A DNA stretch of 20,000 nt from IMG/VR virus record IMGVR_UViG_3300022752_000052, positions 57,617 to 77,616 of that record; one strand, written 5' to 3'. The stretch comes from an uncultured virus (IMG/VR IMGVR_UViG_3300022752_000052) (lineage: Duplodnaviria; Heunggongvirae; Uroviricota; Caudoviricetes). Position numbers and translations under genes: made by a program. Under the pieces are notes generated by a model. It saw nothing but the letters and a program-made list of their open reading frames with translations. It did no database searches and was not told where the DNA came from. This document shows, piece by piece, positions 7,904-17,218 of this stretch; the first letter of the stretch is position 1; each line of letters opens with the position of its first letter.

Positions 7904-9234
7904 GCTTTCACGTTTTCCAAATCAAAAGATTTCATGTTAAAGTAATTTTTTCCAATTTTCACAGAAGAGATAAAACCAGAATCATTAATAATTTTTTGTA
8001 TTCCTTTTAAAGTTTCTAATCCATCTTCTCTATCGAAATCTAATAAAAAGGAATCATAAACATATAATACAATTTTTGTTTTCTTCGACTGCAAATATAC
8101 AATAATTTTTTTTATAATGTCAAAAAAATGTTCAACTTCCATTAATTGTATAACATAAGAAAATAATTTTCCTTTTGTGTAAGAGTAGTCATCTTTTAGA
8201 TTTTTTAGTTTTAAAGTCCTAGCGCAATATGGAACTTCTATCTCTTTATTTTCGACCATCTCTTTATAAATATTATCTCTATACTTGTACAACTCATCAA
8301 AGAATGGAATTTTTTTGGCTTCTCCTCTTTCAGAATAAATATTAGTGAATGTTATTTTTTTTGCTTCATCATATTCTTGCGGGGAAATAATATCTTTATT
8401 AAAATACATCTTGGCTAAATACATATGAATATCATCTTTTTTCAATTTAAATCCGTTAGCCTTTGCAATTAGATATAAATGAAATGATTTAATATCAAAT
8501 TCAACTAACATTCCCTTATCATGCCTAGAAATGAATCCTAAGCGATGTTCTTCATCTTTTGGTATAGCACTAAGGTTAATCCCTTTACATGTCCCTACGG
8601 GTCTTCCTGTGGCGTTGTAGAGGGAATATTTAGGATGTAATAAAGATTCAGTTAATTTCTTATTATAGGCTTGATTTATTTGGGGGATATCAATATAAAT
8701 TCCATTATCTCTAATATGATTTAAACATGATAAAATTGATGTATATTTTTCAATGACATTAGATTTTTTTTCCAATGTAGATAAAAATGATACTTGACTA
8801 TTAAAACATTTAACAAACATGTAATATGGTATGTACATGTTATATAATGTAGATGGATAATAAAATCTTTTGAACTTAGATGAAAAACTGTATAAATCTT
8901 CTATATAATTTGTGTCTCCATTATTTAGCCAATATAGTAATGGAAACTCTGTAGAAAATTTACTGGGGAAATAATAATCAAAGATGTATTTAGAAGATGC
9001 AATGACATAATTAAATGATAATAATGATTTTAATACATCTAATGTAATGTTAGATTTAAATTCTTGATGTTCTAATGCTATAGAATAAGAATCATTAGTT
9101 TTATAATCATGTATAAATAGTAATGAGAGTCCCTCCGAAAAATTTGACATATTTTTGGGAACAGGAAATACAAAAGAACCGGAAAAATCAGTCTGAATCT
9201 GCTTTAGCTGAATCTCGTTTTCAATAACCATCAT
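7900..9234 (-). CDS. Short, divergent family A DNA polymerase-like protein
   Basis: ATGRP...INLSAIPK (cf. TGRLSS..PNLQNIP), motif A VEFD247IKSFH, DIH, motif B AK292KITF296TNIY300, SYVIQ, motif C LYVYD394SFLLD. No 5' nuclease domain; N-terminal region lacks recognisable Exo motifs. Confidence 0.85.
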   Translation of the reverse strand: MMVIENEIQLKQIQTDFSGSFVFPVPKNMSNFSEGLSLLFIHDYKTNDSYSIALEHQEFKSNITLDVLKSLLSFNYVIASSKYIFDYYFPSKFSTEFPLLYWLNNGDTNYIEDLYSFSSKFKRFYYPSTLYNMYIPYYMFVKCFNSQVSFLSTLEKKSNVIEKYTSILSCLNHIRDNGIYIDIPQINQAYNKKLTESLLHPKYSLYNATGRPVGTCKGINLSAIPKDEEHRLGFISRHDKGMLVEFDIKSFHLYLIAKANGFKLKKDDIHMYLAKMYFNKDIISPQEYDEAKKITFTNIYSERGEAKKIPFFDELYKYRDNIYKEMVENKEIEVPYCARTLKLKNLKDDYSYTKGKLFSYVIQLMEVEHFFDIIKKIIVYLQSKKTKIVLYVYDSFLLDFDREDGLETLKGIQKIINDSGFISSVKIGKNYFNMKSFDLENVKA

Positions 9235-9739
9235 TTATATAAAACTCATTATAATTTACAATAAACCTCTTAAGTCCTGGAAAAGTTTTATCCGCGTTTA
9301 TAATTTCGTTTCTATTTATTTGAGCTATCTTATTTTTGTCTCCGCGAACTTTCCAATAGACTTCGGCAAATATAAGTCTATTTTTATTAATTTCCAAATT
9401 TTTAGCAGAAAAATAATCTTCTGGACTTATTTCTAGAATAGATTTTATAGGCTTTACTCTTTTTTGGTAGAAATATCTCTTGAAATAAGGGTCTAATTCT
9501 TCTATTTTATCTTTTGTCGGAGTGTATGGGTTTAAATTTATATATTCTACCATGGGTTCTAAACCAAGTGAAGAATACACTCTTCTTTTAAATTCGTATT
9601 CTAAAAATAATCTTTTTCTAATATCTCTTTCATTTATACCGGCGTATGGTATTCTGTTCACATAAAAATAATATCCTTTATACGGCTTGTTATCTTCATC
9701 CCATAAAAAATTACCCTCTGTATAAAAAAAATTAGCCAT
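9221..9739 (-). CDS. Hypothetical phage protein (172 aa)
   Basis: Open ORF packed between neighbours (14-nt overlap with polymerase); aromatic motifs YTEG..., YKGYY, FKRYF, FPGL. Confidence 0.7.
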   Translation of the reverse strand: MANFFYTEGNFLWDEDNKPYKGYYFYVNRIPYAGINERDIRKRLFLEYEFKRRVYSSLGLEPMVEYINLNPYTPTKDKIEELDPYFKRYFYQKRVKPIKSILEISPEDYFSAKNLEINKNRLIFAEVYWKVRGDKNKIAQINRNEIINADKTFPGLKRFIVNYNEFYINDGY

Positions 9740-9745
9740 GATTAT

Positions 9746-11761
9746 TTATTTAGCTCCTAAAGTAGGTATCCCTGAAGGTATTGCAGTGCATATGGAATCT
9801 AATTCAGTTTCCCAATCTTGATTTTCTATTCTGTGGCTTACCCTAGATACTACAAAAGCAATATTTCTTTCCGTAGTAAAACTTTTAGGAACTGTATTAC
9901 TATTTATATGATGCCCAATTCTCCATCCGCCTACTCCGTCCATTTTAACGTTCATTTTCATTAACCATAGATATTGATTATTATTTATTAAATCTGTTGT
10001 TGATTGTCCTCTTAATAAACTAGATAATAAGGTTCTTGCTCCATCACATGTTTCCTCGCTATAATATGTTTGCGGCATTTTACCTCTATAATATTCTACT
10101 ACTAGTTCCTGTATTATTTTCTTCATATCTTCTGAGGGAAGCCCATCATTAGTATGTCCTTCTCTAACTGCGAAAGAACTTCTAGAAGAGTTATATATGT
10201 TTTTAACTAAAGAAGCGTGTAAATCAGTAGAAGGTAATTCAGCGGTTATTTGTAGTTCTCTAGTAGATCCATCACCGTTAAGTGTATTAAATTTCCATAC
10301 ATTAAAAGAATCGTCTACAAAAGTAGTTGGAACTATTCTTAGTACATTGTGATTTGATACATCCTCTACATCGGGGGTTCCGTCATCCTGAACTAAACCT
10401 AGCTGAACGAATCCTCCTGTACAATCGCTTATTATTCTAAAAAGACTCTTAAAAAAAGTATCAACCTTTAAATACTCTTCTGGGGTAAATTTATTTGTTG
10501 AATTAGAACTAGGGTCTGGTTTATGCATATTTGATGACAATGTATTATATAGAGTATTTCTGTGAATAAGAATTTTTCTAAAATCTATATATGTCGAGTA
10601 ATGAGATTTAACATAATTAAAATTACCTTTAACTTGTTCGTAATTTTTTCCTCTTCCCGGATTTTCTTTGTCTCTATAATCTCCGGCCCCGCCTCCTAGT
10701 ATAAGTATTTTTTTTGGGTCGCAGGATCTAACTACATTTCCTGTAATGGTTGAACATCTTGGTTTTTTAGCAAAACCTATATAAACATGTTTAACTTTTG
10801 AGTCACTCTCTGTATATTTTTCATAAAATGGAAATAGTGCAAATTCATTTATTATTCTATCTACTACATATTGTAAAGTAAAATATTCGTCTGTTTTAGT
10901 TTGAGCTGAAGCCTTTTCGTCTAAATCAGGACTTAATGTTCTTCCTTCCACAGGTTTGTATACAACAATTTCACCTAAAGGAATACCGCTTCCAAAATTT
11001 AAATAAAGAAATCCGTTAGGTTTTACATAACCTTCGTAAGACTTTATTCTTTTGTAAGCTATTATTTTTCCATCCTCTATAGTATCTGTTAAAAAAGCAC
11101 CTGAGTTTTGAGCGTCATATAACATTAATTCATAATATCCTGATACTTTTTCTGTTTTTTTATCTTTTGTATAAGTTTTTTCATTTTTATATTCTAAAGG
11201 AGGATTTGCATCCCATAAACCGGAAAGACCTATATCTAAAGTAGAAAAAACTTCTCCGGGTCCTACAGCTTCAAAAGATATTTGATAATAGTTTTCATTT
11301 GTACTTTGCCATGTGCCGTAGGCTATGAAGCAACCTTTTATTGTATATGAAGGGCATCCGTCAAAAGGAGCGCTATATCCCATTGTTATTGAAAGCTCAT
11401 TTTTAGGGTCATTTATACAGAATATCTCTGAATATGTTAAAAAATCAGATAAAGAGTATACTTCTATAGTTGCTCTTATTCGCATGGATAGATTGACAAT
11501 AGAGGCATCTGTCCCGGTTCTTTCTATTTCGGCACTTATTAAATTAGGTCTAGGTTTTAATGAGTTGGGATTATACGTTTCGGTAAAAGTATTTTCTCTA
11601 GTTGATACGGATACACCGTTTTTTGTTATGATACAATAAGCTGTATTTCTAGTTTTAGGTTTATAGTAATCTTCTTTATTTCCTTTAGTATATAAACCTA
11701 ATCTATTATTTAATACTGTTATTATAGACCCTGGTATTGGTCGTCTAAAAGGAGGTGCCAT
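9746..11761 (-). CDS. Putative baseplate hub protein (gp27/gp44-like fold inferred)
   Basis: Follows the TMP, initiator and LysM genes; C-terminal MNVKMDGVGGWRIG...FVVSRVSHRIENQDWETEL matches the style of hub-protein C-termini. Confidence 0.6.
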   Translation of the reverse strand: MAPPFRRPIPGSIITVLNNRLGLYTKGNKEDYYKPKTRNTAYCIITKNGVSVSTRENTFTETYNPNSLKPRPNLISAEIERTGTDASIVNLSMRIRATIEVYSLSDFLTYSEIFCINDPKNELSITMGYSAPFDGCPSYTIKGCFIAYGTWQSTNENYYQISFEAVGPGEVFSTLDIGLSGLWDANPPLEYKNEKTYTKDKKTEKVSGYYELMLYDAQNSGAFLTDTIEDGKIIAYKRIKSYEGYVKPNGFLYLNFGSGIPLGEIVVYKPVEGRTLSPDLDEKASAQTKTDEYFTLQYVVDRIINEFALFPFYEKYTESDSKVKHVYIGFAKKPRCSTITGNVVRSCDPKKILILGGGAGDYRDKENPGRGKNYEQVKGNFNYVKSHYSTYIDFRKILIHRNTLYNTLSSNMHKPDPSSNSTNKFTPEEYLKVDTFFKSLFRIISDCTGGFVQLGLVQDDGTPDVEDVSNHNVLRIVPTTFVDDSFNVWKFNTLNGDGSTRELQITAELPSTDLHASLVKNIYNSSRSSFAVREGHTNDGLPSEDMKKIIQELVVEYYRGKMPQTYYSEETCDGARTLLSSLLRGQSTTDLINNNQYLWLMKMNVKMDGVGGWRIGHHINSNTVPKSFTTERNIAFVVSRVSHRIENQDWETELDSICTAIPSGIPTLGAK

Positions 11762-12062
11762 TTATTGATTCGTTTTTCAAATTTTCTAATTCAAGTAAAT
11801 CTAGAGGATATGGAATTCTAAGTCGTATTCCTATAGGAGGAACTATTGTACCTTTTCCTATGTCATTTTCATTAGCTAAAATCCACCAATATCTAGGGTC
11901 TCCATAATAATCATTGGCTAACAAATCAAGTCTATCGCCAGCTCTTGAATATATATAAAAATCACTTGTTTTTAAAGGTATTTTATAATAATAAGTAGTG
12001 CTAAATCGTCTAACTCCGGATTCCTCTCTTATTATACTAGTAAGGTCTTCATATCTATTCAT
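11745..12062 (-). CDS. LysM-like baseplate wedge protein (T4 gp53 / P2 gpX-like)
   Basis: GDRLDLLANDYYGDPRYWWILANEN...GIRLRIP is the typical LysM/gpX signature. Confidence 0.85.
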   Translation of the reverse strand: MNRYEDLTSIIREESGVRRFSTTYYYKIPLKTSDFYIYSRAGDRLDLLANDYYGDPRYWWILANENDIGKGTIVPPIGIRLRIPYPLDLLELENLKNESINGTSF

Positions 12063-12859
12063 TATCCAAAAAAGTTTGATGCTACTTGTGGTTTTATTTT
12101 TCCTATATATCCTATTTCCATAGAAACACTTGTAATCATAGGAAGTTCATATTCTTCATCCCATACTATTGAAGAATTATCCCATTCAAAAGTTAAATTT
12201 TTTATATATCCCATTTCGCTAGTATATAATTTTCCTATGGTAAACATAACATAAGATCCCACATAAGGTCCATTGTATACTGGGAGGGCTAATTTAGATA
12301 ATTCGTTTAATTGTTTTACTACATAACTTATATCTAATCCGCTTGGTGTTTGATTGTATGTAATATTAGCTGCTCTCGTAGCTAAATTTGATACTCTAGA
12401 TCTATCATCTAAATTCATAGGAGTGTCTCTAGTCGCTTGTTCAAATCCTCTAGGTGTTTGAATTCCTCCTTTTATAAAAGCGTCTTGCATTCTTACGGCT
12501 GGATCTGTAAGAATTCTAGACCCTTCTACTCCAATCCTAGACCTATTTGCTGACCTATTTGATAATTCAAAGTCTAGCATGTTTTCTGTCATATTAAAAG
12601 TAGGAAGAGATTCGCTTTCAACTGCAACGGAAAAAGATAATGATATAGTTCTACTAAAGCTTCTGTATAATATCTTAGCATCTGCTCTGCCTATATCTAA
12701 TCTTTCATCCCATTCTGGCGTAGAAGAATCAGATATATTATTTATATAAGCTAATAATTTTATAGGTTTTCCGCTTCCTATTGATCCTGCTGATATTCTT
12801 TGGAAAGAAAAATCAAAAAGTCTTTTCCTGTCTCTTACGGATAATGATGCTTGACTCAT
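12062..12859 (-). CDS. Putative tail tube initiator / baseplate protein (gp48/gp54 or CIS tube-like)
   Basis: Directly after the TMP; ISDS..PEW...IGRAD...Y..FSRTISLSF, FTIGKLY, GYIKNLTFEW, LPMITSVSM pattern of tube-fold initiators. Confidence 0.65.
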   Translation of the reverse strand: MSQASLSVRDRKRLFDFSFQRISAGSIGSGKPIKLLAYINNISDSSTPEWDERLDIGRADAKILYRSFSRTISLSFSVAVESESLPTFNMTENMLDFELSNRSANRSRIGVEGSRILTDPAVRMQDAFIKGGIQTPRGFEQATRDTPMNLDDRSRVSNLATRAANITYNQTPSGLDISYVVKQLNELSKLALPVYNGPYVGSYVMFTIGKLYTSEMGYIKNLTFEWDNSSIVWDEEYELPMITSVSMEIGYIGKIKPQVASNFFG

Positions 12860-12863
12860 TTTA

Positions 12864-15800
12864 TTATTGTGTATTTTTTGTTCTCATGTGATTTAGTAAA
12901 GGTTTTACTGAGTTTGGTGTGAAATAAGCAACGTTTGGTTGCATTTGTTTAAGTAAAAATTCTTTTAGTAATTTATTAGTTTCCTCTTGTTCTTTTACTA
13001 GTTTCTCATTATTCATAGATTTTTCGTAATTGGCCACTTGACTCAAATATGCCTGTGATACTGAGTTTTTACTAGTCCTATTTTGTATTACAGACCTAGT
13101 TGAATTTTTCAAAACTCCTGCACCTTGTGTACTACTGGAAAAATTAGAACCTAATCCGCTGAAAGTAGTTGGTGTATAATCTACCATCGCGGTATCTATA
13201 GGTTTACTTGGTATGATGGGTTTATTATTTGCAACAATACCCCCTGCTGTATTCAAACCCATACCTGCATAATTACCATAACTTCCTGTAAAAGAGGAAG
13301 GTGAAAATGCAGAATCTGATATACTAGTAGCTGTTTTATATCCTAAATATCCTCCTATCATAGATGACAAAAGACCAATACCCGCTCCTATTATAGTTCC
13401 AACTCCGGGAAATAATGCAGTACCTATAGCTGTTCCTAATGCGGCCCCTCCCAATCCTCCTAAAACTCCTGCAATTGATCCAGAAGCAGCTTGAGCGGTA
13501 GATTGTCCGGCTTGTTTTCTATTAACATAATCAAGAACGCCAAAAATAGCGGACGCAACTCCACCTGTTTTTATAGTATTTTTCAAAATAGACCCAAATT
13601 TTATGTTTTTAAAATTATTAGCGAGGCCTTTTAGCATACCTGGTTTAGTTGTAGATGATGATGGTATTTTATTTTCTTTAAATCTTCTATCAGGTAAACC
13701 TTTTTTGGTTAGTCGTCCTTTTTTCTTTCCGGTAGATTCAGTATTAATTACATCTGTTAAATTTCCTAATAAACCACTCCCTACAACTCCTCCACTTCCA
13801 AGTGATATGACATACATAGGATTGGTCTTTGTGCCTAGAGTTCCTGTAAGTGTATCAAAACCTCCTCTCGCTTTACCTACTACTTCTCCTATTTTTTTTC
13901 CGACAGGTCCTTTTAACATTTGCAAAACTTTTCCTCCCATTACAAGTGCCATCACACTGCCTAGTCCCATTTGGTACATATCTGGAGTTTTTATCCCTCC
14001 GCCACTTTTTTCAGCATTTTCATTAGCTCCTGTTATATATCCTAGATATCTTTTTACGTAATCCCCTAATTTATTTATGGCATTTGCTAATAAATCAACT
14101 ACAGGTACTACTGCCTCTAAAATGGGAGCTAAAGCATATCTAAATGATACAGATAATTTTTCTATTGACGTATTGTATCTTTCAGCAGCTTGTATTTTGC
14201 TTAATTCAGTTCTATATATTTCATCATTAGTTCCGGCTATTTTTTTCAAGTAATCATCGTGTTTCATAGCTAATTCTAAATCCTCGGAATTGCTCAATTT
14301 TATTTTTTCTCGAAGATATAAACTTCTTTCTAATTCAGACACTTCAAGACCTATAGCATTAGCAGTTACTTGCCTTTCCGCAAAATCCATGTTTTGAAAT
14401 CCTTCATAACCTCCCGGAATTGCATTCATCATTTGTGTCATAGCACCGGCAATATCATCCTGTAAAAGCAATTCTCTAGCTTTTCCAATATCAACATGTG
14501 TACCTAACGCTATACTTGCTTCAACCTCTGCTGTAATACTTTGCTCAAATGACAACAAATGTTGTGTCATTTTAGCTGCCTTTTGAAAATTTAATCCTAA
14601 TTTTTTTACTTGTAAATTAGTTTCAATTAAATTTCTATGAGCTGATTTGGAATCTTTATTAATATTAGAGAAATATTTTGATGCAAATTCAGCATTTTGA
14701 GCTATATCATCTACAATAGATTGAGGAGAAAACCCTTGTTTATCTGCAAGTTCTAGTGATGCAGCCATTAAATTATTTGCTTCAATATCTCCTGCTCCTT
14801 TCATTCTTAAATTATCATAAAAAGCACCGGCAGATTCTACAGATAATCCTATATTTTTTGCATTGTCGGCTATGGCAGATAATGCTTTATCGTTTGTTCT
14901 TAATAAAATGCCAGAATCTCCTAAAATGCCTTTTTGAGCATCCATAACATCTCTTAGGCTAGCATGTAAATTTTCAAATTGAGTTTGAGCATTCATAGCA
15001 TTTTTAAACATCTCATAGGATTGTCTATTTGATGTTCCTAATTCTGCTGCTATTTCCTTTATTTGAGTATTTACTTTTTGAGCTGCATTAAAAATTGTTT
15101 TACCTAAAAGTATTCCTATGGTTGTTAATCCTGCTACTATAACGGTGAAAGGTGACACACTATACATTGCTTTTAGTGATGCCCACATACCTTCAAATGC
15201 ACTACCGGATTCTGCATATTTTTTATCAAATGCTTCGTACCCTTCTCGTAAAGTTTCTAAAGCGCTTTTTCTAGCCTTTAATATAGCATTGTTAAATCCT
15301 GGAACCCATCCGGCATAAGAATCAAATTTAGCATATAAAAACGTTAATTCTTGTTGTCCTTCTTTGTAAATACTTTTTAATCTCTTTCTAAATGGGTCTG
15401 CTTCTATTTCTGCTTTTAACTTTGCTTTATCTTCTTTAGCTTTTTTTTCTTCTGCTTTCCTCTTTTTTTCTTCCGCTTTTGCTATATTTTCTAGTGAATT
15501 AGGGTCTTCTTTATCTTTTTTCTTTTGAGCTCTTTCTGCTGCTTCGGCTTCTTTTTTCTTTTTAGCTATACTTTCGGGTGAATTAGGATCCGCTATTCTC
15601 TTTTTTTCTTTTTCTGCTTCTTTAGCTTTTTTCTTTCTTTCTGCTTCTATTTTTTTTCTTCTAGCTTCTTGCATTTTAGCTAGGTTTTCGTTACTCTCTC
15701 TACTTTTTCTTAATTCTTCGGCTAATTTGTCCATATCACCTGTTCCACTACCCGGTAAACCTGATAAACTATTTTTTAATTGGTCTAAAACTGATGGGTC

Positions 15801-17192
15801 TATTCCAACTAAAACCATTCTAAATGCAGGAGAAGCGGAATAATAATCTAAAGCTTTTTGCATAGCTTTAAAAACAGTTTCGCCTATTTTATCTATGGTC
15901 GTATCTCCAAATTCGGGTTGTGCAGCAGAAGGTCCATTTGAGAATTGTGCAAAAGCTCTTGAAGCTCCATTGAATACAGCCTGCTCAATTACTTTAAGCA
16001 TTTCATCAGATACTTCTCCTGGAGAAGCCGACCCTCCTCCTAATCCAACTTCAGGCTTAATATCTTGGATAGGTGATTGTAATCCTCCTACGTTATTTTT
16101 TTTTGGTTTTTTACTGCCTATTGAAATTTTTTTCTTCTTACCGCCTCCTTCATTTCCTATAGGCGATGTATTTACTGCTAGAGGTATATCAGAAATGATG
16201 TTCGCTGGTGATGATGGTGTATCTTCTATTTTAGGTTTAACGTCTGCTAATGATGGTGATGATGGTGTATCTTCTATTTTAGGTTTAACGTCTGCTAATG
16301 ATGATGTAGTTTTTTGTTTATAATGTTCTGATAACTTTTGAGCGCTGATTTTAGTAATTTGACTCGTTGGTAAGCCAGTGAATCTTTCTATGTCTTGTGA
16401 TAAAGGAGCTGGGTTTCCTCCTGAATCTATAGATTTTTGAGAGCCGTGAGAATAAGTAATCATTTGACCAGCTATATCTATAGGTAAGGTATCAGGAATT
16501 GGGCTTTGATTTATAAAATTTGATATAGAATTAAATCGTGCCTCCCTTCTTTCTTTATCTAAAGCGGTCTTTGACTTATAAGTGCCAAGTGCATGATGTT
16601 TTAAAAGATTAACAGTACTAGATTTATCATTAATATCTAAATTTTGTCTCGCTTCATCTATGGACTTTGAATTTTCTGCTATTCTATCTCTAATTATATT
16701 TTTACCGCTAGCATCATAATAAATATGCTCGTCTTTTATTATTACATTTCCTTCCGAATCTTTTTGTTGAAGAACATATTTTCCTGATCGATATCTACTT
16801 ATTACATATTGACTATTAACAAAAATACTATTTATATTATCTAATATATCGTTTATTCTTTTTTCAACACTAGAAGGATCATTTTCTACCGCTAATTCTA
16901 ATGCATCTAAAGCAGATTTAACTTTATTCTCTGCATTACCTAATAATACATTAATATTTTTTTTTGCTTCTTCAAATTTATTAATCTCCTTTTTTCTAGC
17001 ATCGTATAAAACTTTTAATTTATTTCTTTTTGCTTGAATTCTAGGGCCTGATTTAACATCATTTGTTAGCTTATTTAATTCTTGTAAATCTGCTTTAGTT
17101 ATTTCTGATAATTTTTTTTCTGCATTAGTTAGATGAGTTTTCAAACTATCTAAAGTATTTTTTAATGATTTTATAATATTTTCTAAAGTCAT
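12864..17192 (-). CDS. Tail tape measure protein
   Basis: 1442 aa, long helical/coiled-coil Ala/Lys/Glu-rich stretches, LLSFEQSITAEVEAS, hydrophobic Gly-rich segments (GGLGGAALGTAIGTALFPGVGTIIGAGIG), GTKTNPMYV; lies between the chaperone and baseplate genes. Confidence 0.88.
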   Translation of the reverse strand: MTLENIIKSLKNTLDSLKTHLTNAEKKLSEITKADLQELNKLTNDVKSGPRIQAKRNKLKVLYDARKKEINKFEEAKKNINVLLGNAENKVKSALDALELAVENDPSSVEKRINDILDNINSIFVNSQYVISRYRSGKYVLQQKDSEGNVIIKDEHIYYDASGKNIIRDRIAENSKSIDEARQNLDINDKSSTVNLLKHHALGTYKSKTALDKERREARFNSISNFINQSPIPDTLPIDIAGQMITYSHGSQKSIDSGGNPAPLSQDIERFTGLPTSQITKISAQKLSEHYKQKTTSSLADVKPKIEDTPSSPSLADVKPKIEDTPSSPANIISDIPLAVNTSPIGNEGGGKKKKISIGSKKPKKNNVGGLQSPIQDIKPEVGLGGGSASPGEVSDEMLKVIEQAVFNGASRAFAQFSNGPSAAQPEFGDTTIDKIGETVFKAMQKALDYYSASPAFRMVLVGIDPSVLDQLKNSLSGLPGSGTGDMDKLAEELRKSRESNENLAKMQEARRKKIEAERKKKAKEAEKEKKRIADPNSPESIAKKKKEAEAAERAQKKKDKEDPNSLENIAKAEEKKRKAEEKKAKEDKAKLKAEIEADPFRKRLKSIYKEGQQELTFLYAKFDSYAGWVPGFNNAILKARKSALETLREGYEAFDKKYAESGSAFEGMWASLKAMYSVSPFTVIVAGLTTIGILLGKTIFNAAQKVNTQIKEIAAELGTSNRQSYEMFKNAMNAQTQFENLHASLRDVMDAQKGILGDSGILLRTNDKALSAIADNAKNIGLSVESAGAFYDNLRMKGAGDIEANNLMAASLELADKQGFSPQSIVDDIAQNAEFASKYFSNINKDSKSAHRNLIETNLQVKKLGLNFQKAAKMTQHLLSFEQSITAEVEASIALGTHVDIGKARELLLQDDIAGAMTQMMNAIPGGYEGFQNMDFAERQVTANAIGLEVSELERSLYLREKIKLSNSEDLELAMKHDDYLKKIAGTNDEIYRTELSKIQAAERYNTSIEKLSVSFRYALAPILEAVVPVVDLLANAINKLGDYVKRYLGYITGANENAEKSGGGIKTPDMYQMGLGSVMALVMGGKVLQMLKGPVGKKIGEVVGKARGGFDTLTGTLGTKTNPMYVISLGSGGVVGSGLLGNLTDVINTESTGKKKGRLTKKGLPDRRFKENKIPSSSTTKPGMLKGLANNFKNIKFGSILKNTIKTGGVASAIFGVLDYVNRKQAGQSTAQAASGSIAGVLGGLGGAALGTAIGTALFPGVGTIIGAGIGLLSSMIGGYLGYKTATSISDSAFSPSSFTGSYGNYAGMGLNTAGGIVANNKPIIPSKPIDTAMVDYTPTTFSGLGSNFSSSTQGAGVLKNSTRSVIQNRTSKNSVSQAYLSQVANYEKSMNNEKLVKEQEETNKLLKEFLLKQMQPNVAYFTPNSVKPLLNHMRTKNTQ
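16206..16303. repeat. Perfect 48-nt in-frame tandem duplication in the tape measure gene
   Basis: TGGTGATGATGGTGTATCTTCTATTTTAGGTTTAACGTCTGCTAATGA at 16206-16253 and 16254-16301, encoding SLADVKPKIEDTPSSP twice. Confidence 0.95.
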
Positions 17193-17203
17193 GATATTTT
17201 ACT

Positions 17204-17211
17204 TATTTATA
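17204..17211 (-). promoter_or_regulatory. Possible T4-type late promoter (TATAAATA)
   Basis: Exact TATAAATA 11 nt upstream of the TMP start codon in a 26-nt gap; may be chance in AT-rich DNA. Confidence 0.35.
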
Positions 17212-17218
17212 GTATGAA

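Noticed and set aside
1692..16323. All plus-strand ORFs in the track (1692, 2301, 3715, 3946, 5677, 6033, 6661, 7296, 11325, 13603, 14756, 15118, 15895) and the minus-strand 7271-7471 ORF
   Set aside because: Entirely or almost entirely nested in well-supported genes, with no recognisable motifs; typical shadow ORFs.
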